From Eledone cirrhosa (taxonomy: Eukaryota), in NCBI GenBank assembly GCA_964016885.1, contig OZ024745.1, positions 35,402,001 to 35,466,000 on the forward strand: DNA of 64,000 bases. The letters run 5' to 3'. Position numbers and translations under genes: made by a program. Shown here in pieces: positions 1 through 13,888 of this stretch (positions are counted from its first letter, which is position 1; every line of letters begins with the position of its first letter). The notes beneath the pieces are model-generated. The model saw nothing but the letters and a program-made list of their open reading frames with translations. It ran no database searches and was not told the origin of the DNA.

Positions 1-292
1 TGATTAATGCTCTGGTTATATCATGGTAAACAATGTAAAATAAAACGAATTGTTTAAGAACACACCACCCTGTATAGAAATCAAAACTAAGATGTTATGA
101 TCGAGTTACACATACCCTAAACGCTAGGCTACGCAACTCCACGTCTAGATGATCATAGTAGAAAAGATTTTGAACATGTATTTTTTTCAATCGCGTTTGA
201 ATTTGATATAAAAGGTTAATATAGGAAGAGAACGATGACAATTTGAACTCAGCACACTGTCATTCAGTCTCTCTCTGTCTACTACTCATAGA

Positions 293-420
293 TGGCTGAA
301 TGGTAAGAAGTTCGCTTCTTAATCTCCAGGATAGAGGTGTGATCCCACTGCATAGTGTTTTCGGAATGGGCGTTTACCATGGCTTCGAGTCGACACAAGC
401 CCGTGAGTGAAATTGAGAAT
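293..420 (+). mobile_element. Degenerate tRNA-derived SINE (second SINE family)
   Basis: GGCTGAATGGTAAGAAGTTCGCTTC...GATCCCACTGC head with A/B-box-like spacing; related reverse copy at about 51620-51740. Confidence 0.5.
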
Positions 421-1590
421 TCAGAATATATGGATAGGAAGTCCGTCAAATGGATTTTATATGTAATTCAAATGTCAGACATTGTCACACATTGTGTCAC
501 ACTGATTCAGCAGTTTAAGAATTACACTAAATATATATATATATGTCTGTGGAATATTCAACCACATATATGTCAATTGACGAGCTCCTTGAACAACTAT
601 ATGCTCATCGTCGAAATCGAAGAAGAATGTATTTTCTATTGATATGAAAAGTATAGTTTGCAGTTTTAAAATAGACTAATTTAAAGGAAGATGTGGATGA
701 GTGTGTACGAGTTTAAGAATGCTAGTATGTGATACATGCGTATGTATGCATGTGTTTGTGTTATATCGAAAGTGCATGTGCAGTAGAATAGAAAATCAAT
801 ATAATTTAAGTTAACGTAACAGAGTATTAAGAAAACACAACATCAACGGATTGTCTCCAGTTCATTTGGTGCAATCTTTGATACTGACAGTATCAAAAAG
901 ATTTCGTCTCCATAAACAAACACAGCTCTATAATCTACAAAGAGTAAATTATTTACTGTGTTGGATCATTATAGTTTTCAATATTATATATTTCATAATC
1001 ATCACATCCAAAACCACCTTCAAAATGACGAATACAAATATAACCAGAATCACACACAATCAGACAATGTGTACCAAGGTAACGTGTAACGTCAAATTGA
1101 AACGCAACAATGCCGCATCTAACAAACCACAAACAACTAAAAGACTAACATGAGTAGAATACATAAAAAATAACATAAGAGAAATAATAAACTAAAATTA
1201 TAATGACAGTAAAAGTAAAGAAATAAAATTAAAGACTGCGAAAATACAATGATTCAAAAAATACAGCAACAACAAAGATAAATAAATAAATAAATAAAGC
1301 AAAGTTCTCTAAAAATCAATTAAATCAGTGGAACAATCGTATCGTACAAAAGTAAACGAAAACGGCCTAGACACATGTGCACACATACACATAGACCACA
1401 CGCACATTCTCTCTCACACACTTATATATATATATTTACATATATATATATACACACTCATATAAGTACACACATACCAATACATCCGCAGACACAAATA
1501 TACATACTTGTACAAGCATACAAACAAGCGCATGTCTGAACAAACGCAAACTCACTCACACACACACATAACCACACACACACACCCACC

Positions 1591-1622
<32 letters not shown>

Positions 1623-2601
1623 CATACACAAAAAGGAACGTCGAAATATACATACAAATATTCACAAACACATACATAAATACGAACACATACAAGTATC
1701 CATATCTAAACATACATACACATGTACATAAATGCATACATATATAACCGCATACTAGTGCACCATCACACACACGCACAACCGCACACAATTACTGACA
1801 TATAATGAAACCAAATCCACCAACGAGTATAAAACACAGAATGAATCGTACACACAAACAAACATATACATAGAAACATGCACAAATAAACTACCACCCA
1901 TGTACATATGCATACGCACAAACACAAATAGACGAAAACGCATCTATACTAACACCCAAACACGAATACTCTCCCCCACACACACATACATACACTCAAA
2001 CTCAAATGATGACACATGCACTCAAAATATCAGAATTCACCACCGCTAGAAAAATATATTTCTCTTAATTAAATGAGTTTATCTCTCATACAAGATAGCT
2101 TCGTTAATGTTGTTGATTACAAATGGAAAGATTTAACTAAGAAAAGGGCATTCTCTTCATTTTGTGAATCATAGAAATAATACCTCTTTGCAACACTATA
2201 GAACACCATTCACAATTAGACACGTGGTATCGAATTGTTTATTTATTGGTTGTTTTTACTTTGGTACTCCAAGATGCTTTATAGCAATATTTTCTACTAT
2301 TGCCATCAATAACAATGCTGAATGACTGACTGATTGACTGACTGACTGTTTGCTCTTAGCTTTACTGATTTAATGCTGAAAGTGGTTCATTGTGGAGCGA
2401 AACAATAGAAAGGTAAATATAAACGAAAATATAAGACAGTAGGAGAAGCAACAGTGTAAACAATAGGACTGAAACAGTGGAGTAAAGTAGGAAAACAATA
2501 CAATAGTATATTGGAGAGACAGAAAAAAAAAGACACGTTTTACGTTACGTCTATTATATATTTGTTTTCTTTCTCAGACAATGTACGTCAGTCATATAAT
2601 G

Positions 2602-2710
<109 letters not shown>

Positions 2711-2840
2711 GTAAAAGTTCTATTTAAATTGTTGGGATACAACAAGCAAATATTTTTATAACTGATATAAAGCACTCAACAAATATTTGGAGTAAAAATA
2801 CGATATTAACAAATGGAAACTATATTTATAAAACCATATT

Positions 2841-2905
2841 TATTTCATTATACATATTTCAAGGACACCATGTTAAATTATGGTGTGCTTTCATCAGATA
2901 AAATA
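2841..2905 (-). ncRNA. Minimal type I hammerhead ribozyme (family A)
   Basis: Minus strand: TATTTTAT-CTGATGA-aagcacacca..tggtgtcctt-GAAA-tatgta-TA-ATGAAATA. Confidence 0.75.
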
Positions 2906-4356
2906 CAATATAGATCAGTTTTATAAATAAATATTGACATTCCCTTAAAAAATGCAACCATTACTGTTGGAAGCTCCCGGATAGTGGAGTTGTAGCTTAA
3001 TTATATTATTATTAGTATTGGATATTTTTATTTTTTAAATAAGCCGTTGGGTTACGGAGAAAGAGAAAGATAAAGAAGGAGAGAGAGAGAAAAAGAGAGA
3101 GAGAGAGAGAGACCAAAACAACAGAGAGAGAAAGATATATATATAGAGAGGAGACAGAGAGAAGGGGAGAGAACGAAAAACTCTAAGTCATATCTTGTTG
3201 AGTTAACTTAACAATTGGGATGAAATGAATAAATAAAATTAGAAATGTTAATAATCATGAATGGAATATACATATATAATATGAGAAATTAACCATTGTT
3301 TAAATATGATTAGATGTTTAGTTAATCATTTAAAAATTGAGATCAATATATTAAAAATTGGGATCTATATATTAAGAAATCAATATATTAGTAGAGAACT
3401 ACATATCATATAACACGTATACACACGCAAAAATACATATAAATATATATACACACTTATAAAATACATATACATATCTAATTACGTATATAATATATAC
3501 ACACAAAACATAAAGGATTCTTTAATTTAATTTAAGATATAGGAATCTTATAGAATGTTATAATTGTTAAGATATTAAAGGAAATTTTAAGTTATACACA
3601 CTTTATGTTATTAAACAAAATTTGTTTATATAAGATTACCTGTTATGTATTTATGGCTGTTATTATATGTCTATCTGTCACAAATCTTGGGATAATCACT
3701 ATACATAAGTGCAATCAAATTGTATGGATATACACGTATATGTATATACACAATTCCCACATATACATATATATATATATGTACCCTCAACCAATAGGTA
3801 GATACGCATCACGTATACATATACATACAGATAGACATACATTCATAAAAACGCATAAAACATATGTACATGTATGTCAATACACACATATACTCACATA
3901 TATAGAGAAGTATATATAAATACAGTACATAGTATAATTGAGTACATAAAATACAAAAGAATTATATTACAATTTGGAAATATAATTATAAGCAATATAA
4001 CTTTAAAAACAATACAATTTAAAAATATTATAGAATATTTTAAGTTATAATTTCAAAATAATAGTATGTTTAATAGATTTAGTATAGAAATTTATTTTAC
4101 GTATATTTAACTTAAAATTTTGAAAGGATAAACTTTCAAAATAGAGAAGCTATCAGAACAATAAAAAAACAATAAAAAATAAGAAATAAGAAATATTTTC
4201 TCCTTTCAAGAGCTCTCAATATATTTCTCTAGAATAGTTTATTTAGGAAGAAAAGTTATTTTTACTTGAGTGTATAATCAGTCAAAAAAGATGAAGGAAT
4301 CTAATGATTTATCGACAGGTTCAATATATTAATAAAATTAATTAATTAATTATATA

Positions 4357-5545
4357 CTACATTTTAAATTTATATTTATATTTAAACGTTGAGTTTAATC
4401 TATGTCTGCAGCAACTGAATAAATTATTTCTTAAGTTCAGGGAATTTTTGGTCTTTAATATAAAGAATATTTCCTCTATACAAAGATCGCAATTTTCTGA
4501 AGAGGAGTTAAAAGGAGTAGCTTATGAAATAATATTCCAAATCAACGAATATTCAACGTTCTTTAGTTTTAGGTCCCATAATAGGCTAGATAGAGAAGTT
4601 GAAGATTTTTTGTTTGGATCTGTAAAAGAATTTTTATGATTATTGAAGCGGGATTTAAACTCTGTGGAAGTAGATCCCACATAATTAAATGAATTTAAAT
4701 TAGTTTTTACATTACAATTATATACTACATTTTTAGCTAAGCAATTGTTATTTAACGGACAGTTAGATTTATTTCTACAGTTACATTTATCAAATTGGAT
4801 ATTACTTGGGTTATTATTGGTGTTTTGGTTAGGTTTTAAATTTCTATTATTAATTCTATTAATATTTTGCGCTAAATCTTTGGTGGAAGAATAAGTTAAT
4901 TTTATAGTATGTCTATTAAAAATTGAGTAAAATCTATGTGTTCTAGGGAAGCATTTGTCAAGAGCTTTAAAAAATAGTTTAGCAATAGGGGTTTTAATAT
5001 TTAATGAGAAAGGAGGAGCGAACCATAATATGTTCCTAGTTCTATTTCTTTTTCGGCTTTCGGAATTAATGTAAGGTTTTCTATTATAGTTGTTAAAATT
5101 GTTAACATAGTTAAAATTGTTACGATTATGGTTAGTTGTTATATTATTATTATTATCGATGTATTTAATTTTATTTCTATACCCAGCTCTACCTAACGCT
5201 TCGTTGTAATAATGTGCTTTTTCATCAAATATATTCTTATTAGCTGAAATTCTCGAAATTCGTTCTTGTACAGAGTTCACTATAGTATTTTTAACGGATC
5301 TGGGGTGATTAGAGTTAAAATTTACGTAATTTAAGTTCTCATTTAGTTTGTGAAATGGATAATGAAGACATGTGTTAAGATTTAGTGTTACATCTAGAAA
5401 ATTAACTATTTTATGGTTATTCTCTATTTCTACTTTTAGATTAAGGTAATTAAAAAATTGTATAATTTGTTTTCTTTTTCTATTTAGTTCACAGTTATTA
5501 TTTTCTATAAGTAAAAGCATGTCGTCACGATATAAACCTCTTATA
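4357..5545 (-). pseudogene. Penelope-like RT C-terminus plus GIY-YIG endonuclease (one premature TAA at 4522-4524)
   Basis: GLYRDD, VNFLDVTLNL, SNHP, LWFAPPFS, CNCRNKSNCPLNNNC linker, NVVY..YVGST..FKSRFNNH. Frame continues past the stop as ATPFNSSSENCDLCIEE...LN...CCRH. Confidence 0.9.
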
Positions 5546-5685
5546 GAAAATAATATGGTTTTATAAATATAGTTTCCATTTGTTAATATCGTATATATAA
5601 TATATATATATATAATATATACGATATTATATATATATATATAAGAGCAGCACAATACTTCACTCGTTGTTTGTCTGGAAAATCC

Positions 5686-5728
<43 letters not shown>

Positions 5729-5799
5729 ATATACTTACTCTCCAGATGTTCTTTCCATTTCCCACTCGCACATATATTTATGACTATGGTAATAACCAA

Positions 5800-7100
5800 A
5801 GACGGAATTCGGTCGGTAGATTTGCAGTATCAGTAGAGTGTCAGGCGTCATGCTCCGCGGCATAGAGTTACGGCACTTTACATCCTGATTTCAAATAAAG
5901 CCGAGGTTATCTTTGCCTTTCATCTTTACGGGGTCGATAAAATAAAGTACCAGTCACGCACTGGGGTCGACTTAATCGACTTTCTCCTCCTCCAAAATTG
6001 CTGACCTTGTGTCTATATAAGAAACTATTATTAAAGACGAAGTGAGATCGGTAGATTGCAGTGACGGTAGAATGTCGAATATAACTTTTTGTGGTATAGT
6101 TACGGCACTTTATGCTTTCAGGCCAAATTGCGCCGAGGCTTGCTGCGCCTTTCATTCTTACGGGGTCGATAAATAAAAAGACCAATAACGAAGTAGGCGT
6201 CGATTTAATCGACTTTCTTCTCCCCCAAAATTCTTGGCTTTCCGCCTAACTCAGAAAACATTATTAAAGACGGAGGTCGCTCGGTAGACTTTCATGTGAA
6301 TAAAGATGTGTGCGTACCGTTTTGCAGCATAGATATACATCTCTTTACGTTCTGATTTCAAGTTCTACCGATGTTAACTTTGTCTTTCACCCTTACGGGG
6401 TCGATAAATATAGTACCAGTAACGCACTGATTTAATCACCGTTCCTGTTCCCTTAAACATAGCTGGCCTTGTGCCAAATGTAGAAATAGTTATCAAAGAC
6501 GGATGAAGGGCGGTGAGTTTGCAGTATCGTTAGAGTCTGAGGTGACATGCGTGTCGGCATAGAATTGCATCCCTTTACGTTCTGAGTTGAATTCCCACCA
6601 CGTTTAGCTTTGCCTTTCATCCTTATGAAGTACCAATAAAGAACTGAGGTCGGTATAATCAACTTTCCCCTTGCCCGAGTATGTTTAGATTTTTATTAAA
6701 GACGAGGCAGAAGCACTGGAATGGCAGAACTGTATGAGCGTTGGCAAACTGTTTTACGGCATTTATTTACGGTTATTGGCTCATCATCGTTGCTGGGTGG
6801 ATAAATTAAACCGCCAATGAAGTACTGAGTGGATTTAATTAACTTACCCCAGCCACATAATGTTGGTCTAAATTATAAAATGTTAATAAGAGAGGGTGGT
6901 AGATTGACAGAATCATTAGAGCGCCAGAGAAAAGGTTTTGTGGGATTTAGTTACGCCTCGTTTTGATTTTACATCCTTTGGGTCAATTTTATATTTCATT
7001 TTTGAGGAGTCGATAAAATAAAGTAATAATCAAGTATTGAAGTCAATTTAGTTGACTAACCTCTTTCCAAAATGTGTGGCCTGTTTCTTATCATGAAAAT
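5800..7100 (+). mobile_element. Head-to-tail array of about 6 diverged SINE copies (about 200-235 bp unit)
   Basis: Recurrent AAGACGG start, GCCTTTCATCCTTACGGGGTCGATAAAATAAAGTACCAG core and GGCCTTGTG..AGAAA..TTATTAA end, starting near 5800, 6036, 6269, 6498, 6700 and 6890. Confidence 0.8.
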
Positions 7101-7491
7101 ATTACTTTTGTAAAATTCAGTGACATTTAAATAGAACGAACTGGTAGCTCCCTTGATCAGACATCTGGAACATACCATGTACATCAACATCAACATGAAA
7201 ATATTTCGATACTACTGAGGAAGCCGACATCATGAAATTCAGGTAATATAAAGCTACATGACGTTGAACAACGGTATTGTCATGACTCGAACATCGTTGA
7301 TCGTAAGTGAGAATGATAAAGTTCATTATAGGATTAAGCGCCAAGAACAACAATGTTAAGAATTAAAAGTCTAAAATACATCGAAACCTACATATGCCAC
7401 ATAACTCAGTAAATATTTCTAATATAGGAGAAGAAAGGAGCCTACCGTTGGCTGGAGGAAACAACGTTCCATTAGTATTTCCAGTGCTTGG

Positions 7492-7635
7492 AAGAAGGCA
7501 AATTGACAGAGTCGTTAGGGTATCGGATAAAACGCCTCGGTATTTGTTCTGGTTCACTTCAGGCTGAGCCCAAACCCCGCCTAGGGCAACTTTGCCTTTT
7601 ATCCTTTCACGGTCGTTAAATAAGATAGTATTCAG
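7492..7635 (+). mobile_element. Degenerate SINE copy
   Basis: GGCAAATTGACAGAGTCGTTAG...ACTTTGCCTTTTATCCTTTCACGGTCGTTAAATAAG. Confidence 0.6.
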
Positions 7636-9925
7636 TGGGCGGTGCATAGCAAGAATCGCGAGAGAGTCAAATCGGTTGTTTTGCGGTTTCCTTCCGTTCT
7701 GAATTCAAATCCTGCCTCCACCTGCCTTCTAATATAATCAGCAATAAATTGTTGGCAAATAATAATATATAATTTTCTTATAGCCATCACAGTGTTTAGT
7801 TTTGTTCACTCAATGTCAACTCTAGTTGAGCAGACTGATTCTACTGCGTTCTACAATTGTCCTTGCAAGCTTCCACATATGCGCGGGGAGGGGGGGGATT
7901 GGGGGTTCAGTACCATATAATCCTACGTGATAATTTAAAGGCAATTTTAAGGGCAATTTAGCTGCAAAATCTCGCAATTTTACACATATGCACCTCTATC
8001 AAGTATATACGCATCCAACAAAAGCTACGCTGTCTACCTTAAATCTTGAGCTTACAGTTTGAAAATATAATTGAAAATCGTCTGACAGCCGAAACCTATA
8101 CAGGGTGTTCCACTCTGTCAAACGAGAGAAGTTTCTAATTTCATTATCTCATCATGTATCTACATTAACTGGAACAACAACTGGTAACACAATTCCTCAC
8201 TATCACTATCAAACAGCTCGAATTACTGTAATATTTCCCAAAAGCCTAATAACAATTTCTTAAAGAAATTATGTGATATCATTTGCGTATATATTTATCA
8301 AATTTAACTTCTGATATTGGCTTACGGACTACAATCTCAGAGATATTAGCAACTTAAACTAATGAATAATTTCATTAAAATATTTATTGATTTCCTGAGA
8401 GATAGTTCTTTACATGATTTATAGGATCCAGTAGTTTGTCGATTGACTACAGACTATTATTGGAATTTACTCAATTGATGAAGGGGATTTCTTCAATTCG
8501 GTCGCTCAATCTGCTAGAAATTGCTACAGAATCATCTCCATTAAAACGTAGTCTACTATCTAAGACGGGGGCACATTGGATAATGTAATCCTAGATACGT
8601 TACATTTGATCACAGGTATTCTGGATAAAAGCGGACAACAACTACCATGACAGAAAGCTCAAAACTTGCCCAGGATTGAAATAATAAATATGGCACAATA
8701 AAATAAGTTGAAGGTTATGAAGGATCTGCCTCAGGTTTAAGCAATACGATTAGAAAATGGGTTTCTCTAAATTAATTAATTCTCTGAACCAATACTTAGC
8801 CCTCATAATGTTTTTTAAGGCGAATGATAGATTAGCAGAATCATAGAAACAGTACGGCATTGTCTGAAATCTCAAATGAGGAGAGACGAAACGCTCTGAA
8901 TGAAAGCAGGACCACAGCAGACCTATCTATAGTAAACCGATAGTGTTATTCATTGAGAATCGGTAGAACTTCATGATTACAATAAGTGAGGTAGGACTAT
9001 AATTTAAGACAATTTACAAATGATTAAAACCTATAATTGATTAAACGGATAACATCCGTCTTCTGAAATGACAATATATAATTTTACATATTGACATTTG
9101 AAATGTGAATACGTAATATGTAGTATTGGATATTTACTTTTCAATTAATGGTATTTACTGGTTAGGATCTGATTGAAGCTTAATTTATAAATATTAAACA
9201 GTAGTTTCTTCAGGAAAAAAAGGATTTATAATGAAAAAAATAACTGGCCTATAATTACCTTTTAACGTCATCGTCAGAATATTTGTTTGATTATTTAAAA
9301 ACATTTGATTACGTATAGTTCATTTTAAATAAACATTGTTTTGTATTGTATTTACACAAATATAAAGATACACATACATACACAGAAGCATACAAGTACA
9401 TAAAGATAGATAGTGAGGGGTTAAGGAAATGAAGGATAGTAAAAACACACCTATGAAAACCCAGACACGTTGAAGTAATGTTTCTATAGTTTGAATAGAA
9501 ACTGATTATTCTCTAAATCTATTATACTTTTCAGCTGCATCTCCAGAAGCTATTCAGTAATCAGTATTCGAAGATTAAAATATCGTAGGAGACGAAAATA
9601 TTAGGTGAGTATTCTCTTGCTTTAATATATGTATGGAAAGTCTGGTCTCTTCAATTTTGTTATTCTCAGTTGATTAGGCACATATATCTCAAATTTTAAC
9701 AGAGATGTCTTAATATACCATTTTAACGTTGATGCTAATCCTAATGTTACAGACTACCCTGGGGGTTGAATAATGATTTTTAACATTAGCAAATGATGAC
9801 GCAATTGTGTGGACAGATATTGTATATTCAATCAACTATCAACATTCTAACCACAAAGAATGAAATAAAATCTGACCACGACTGGATTTGAATTCATGAT
9901 GGCGATGACGTCGATACAAAGATAC

Positions 9926-10600
9926 CTAAGGATCGGGTTCCCTCTGCTCCTCCCTCAGTGCATACATACAGACTCGCTCACAGAGGCCGCAATAAATATC
10001 TGTGTTGTGCTTGGCTCCGCCTTGACACAGCCCTTCCGCCAGGCTCTTCTCATCCTCTGGCTGACACAGTAGTTTGCCACAAATACACCAGAAGCCTGCA
10101 AGATGATGTGATGTCAAGCATTATGGTCAGCAGCCTGGTTGGTTCACAGATATTGCATACTTTCAGGTTCGATTTTAGTATGTTTTGTATCTCTTCTTGG
10201 GTAAACCACTGTTTCAACATGCAGAAGGTATTTCTCCGTAGGCGAGGATCTTTGGTAGTCAATGGTCTGCCATTCTGAAGACATGCCCTACCCCGAGTAG
10301 CTGTGTCTTCATAAGACACTAATAATCTTGGTTTACTCGAAGACCGCTATGCTGGTAACATAGTCACTCCAGTGGATGTTTAATATGGTGCACAGATACC
10401 GTTGGTGGAATCTCTCGAGGAGGCGGGTGTGACAGTGAGAGAAGACCCATGACTTAGAACTATATATTACGACCCTGTAAATGTTAAAGCTATACCTCAG
10501 TTTTGAGGTTGTTATTTCTCCATACTCTCTTATTAATCTTCTAAAATCCTTGCTGGAAATGACACTTGCAAGATTCAACTTGGTCTGCTTCATGGAAATA
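9926..10600 (-). pseudogene. Degraded RTE-clade LINE 3' fragment
   Basis: Translated remnant RLLERFHQRYLCTILNIHWSDYVTS is typical of the RTE post-RT region; frameshifted. Confidence 0.65.
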
Positions 10601-13257
10601 TGTGGCGAAGTCGTAACCTAAAAAGAAATAACTAAGTGCTACTAATTATTATGCTTAAACTTCTATCGCGTCTTGTAATTCTGCGAACTTGATGTTCAAT
10701 ATTATGAACGATAGTTTGACGTATGGATATATCTTAGTCTTCTAGCTGTGTAATGATCTTGTATTATTGACTACATACTACCATACAGTGAAATACAGCT
10801 CCTCATCTGATCAATTATCAATTATACAAAAGTCACCTTTGCACTATAGTCGATAACGTAAGCATCGATAATATAGTAGGATCGATACAATAGATGATAC
10901 CTATGAATTGATGGTGTTGTGAATCACAAAAGAATTGTCTATCGTAAGCTTATCCCGATTCCTTACTGAACTTGACGCCGCTTCATCTCATTTCTAATCC
11001 CCAGTTGCTTCTTGTCCACATTTCTTTCAACTGAGTTGAAATGGTGCTGCCAGGTGCTAGAAGCGAATGTAGGACCTTATAATCGTAAGCCCAACTTTCT
11101 AACTACACGGTCGTGCATTTAAATAATGACTTCAAATCTTATTCTTCCTGATGGGCAAAAAGGTACTGGTTTCTATTTAATCAATTAGATCATTGTCCCC
11201 TAAATGTATGACACTCTGTGGAAATGAGAAATCAATAATTTGAATTATGGTTTTAGAGAATTTACCTAGAATATTAATTCGTATGATAACTTAGTTGACA
11301 AATTATTGGACATACGTTTGAAAGATCTGGTAACCGTATGTATATGAGGTGTAAACATTTAACCGAATACGTAGATAAAATTGGTAACTTTGTGTAACGA
11401 AAAGTTATCGCTTTAAGGGAGAAAACTGTATCATTGAGAATATTATATTATTAAAATGTCATTAATGTGGGAACGATCCCGCGAACATCTGAAATATACC
11501 CAGCACCAAGTGACGGGTCCCAAAGTGAAAACAACGGTAGTATAAAACAATATGGAATAACGATAATAACAATATTCTTCAAAGATGCCTGATATATAAT
11601 GTCTAGTCTTCGTATTTAGATTGACATTGTCTGAATAACAAAGGGTAGAAAGAGAATAATATGGTTATTTATTGAATGTTTATAAATATATTATTGATTC
11701 TGCACAGGCGTCAAGTAGATTATGTACAAAGGTCATGCTGACTGTTGACAAAGGTCATGATCATTGTGCACAATAGTCAAGTAATTTGGTCGGATTCGGG
11801 AATTGGTATTTCTATTTCATGGCTTCCACTGGAGAATTACAATGGACAAAACACTTAATCAAACACTTAGACAAAAATAAGTACCGTGAAATAGAAAGCT
11901 GACAGCTGTAGGGGAGAACGACACTGTATAATTATGTTATCAATCGAGAATTGAAATAATCTCAGTTGTTCATGTGATTACCTTTTTTCTATATGTAGGA
12001 ACTCCATCCCGGAAGAAAATCAACTTAAATTAGTATAAATGGTATCTTTATTAGGTTTGTTCTTAAACGAAAAGGAAAACCACTCTGAGTAACATAAACT
12101 GGATTGTTCATTTAACGCAATCATTCTTACATATAATGTTTTTGTTGATGTTTAGCCCTGGGTAAGTACTGTTTTATCAAGTCTTCTAGGCAAGATCATT
12201 GCGTATTTTATTTAGATGGAAAGTATCCAGACCACATCAAATGTTTTCAGTATTTTAAAAGACGGTGTGATTTCAGTATTTTAAAAGACGGTGTGATTTT
12301 AGAGGATAATTATAGCAATTTGATCAAAGATACAGTTAATTAAATTTGATTGCCTTTTAGGGCGTGCAGACTATCTATGACAGAATTTCATCAGGCTGTT
12401 CATTTGGAACTGTAATGATATCCAGTCAGTGAGGTGTCGCGAAAATATTGCGAAGTTTGATATGAGAAAGGGGATAAAAAGAGGGTAGACGGTATTTATT
12501 TAGGTACACACTGAACATTCATAGAAAACATCGGGATGATGTTGGAAAAATCTGAAGGATACTTCCACTGAGATATGCATATAATTGCAATTGGAAAGTG
12601 ATTACAGTTTTGCCAACTAGTCAAAATGATCATTATTATTTTAATGTTTGTAACAATTGCTAAATCATGTGCGTAGGTACTACTTTAGTGTTGGGATGCA
12701 ATTTTGCGCAGTAAAAAAGAGATTGCCATTGAGATGAAAATATAGGTATATTACAGTTGCAAGTTCACTGTATAAAGTCACATAAGAGAATACGAGTCTA
12801 CAAAAGTCACAATGAGAGTCGTTAATGGTTGAATATAACATGAAATACATCTAACCAGAAAACCTTTATGAGTAATATAAAATGTTATGGTCTTTATTGT
12901 TTTTACATTAATTGTTTCGATCAAAATTTCGAAATACTATTTTAACACTGACAAAACAAATCTATATTTTGCAAAGGTCATTTCATTTTTATTGATGCAA
13001 AATGAATATTCATGAAATTATCAAGTAGAACAAGACAGATTTATAACTAATGACGTATTCAACCAATACTATAGCTAAACGTAAGCTAAATAGTTGATAT
13101 TAATATATGAAATAATGAAAGTCTTCACGTTCACGTCTACTAATTAAACATTAGGAAAACATAGAGAGCAAAGGGTCAGTTCCAGCTGATGAAGCGACCA
13201 AAATGTTAGATAAATGAGAAAATATTTTCCGTTTTATCAGGTGTCTATGTCGCGTTA

Positions 13258-13700
<443 letters not shown>

Positions 13701-13888
13701 TGTGTGCTTGCGTTCACACACGTGCATATGCAATTGAAGTGAACATTGTCACTTTTCTAGTTAGAAAATATTTTCTACAGTTTACACACCTATACTTAAT
13801 GCTCATTGAAATACCACAATATTTAAAACATTAAATCAAACACAAAATCTAATACATATGTATGTATGTATGTGTGTATGTATGTATG

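Noticed and set aside
4522-4524. In-frame stop in the Naiad-like ORF as possible selenocysteine recoding
   Set aside because: The codon is TAA, not TGA, and is not at a Cys position; most simply a nonsense mutation.
5800-7100. Regularly spaced repeats as a CRISPR array
   Set aside because: Whole ~230 bp units are homologous SINE copies in eukaryotic DNA; no unique spacers or cas genes.
9535-9604. Exon-like segment (TTTTCAG...GTGAGT)
   Set aside because: Stop codons in all three frames and no partner exons; could only be a UTR exon, which is unsupported.
13186-13230. Isolated CTGATGA motifs (also near 28311, 36162 and 56513)
   Set aside because: No properly placed GAAA, stem III and stem I pairing.
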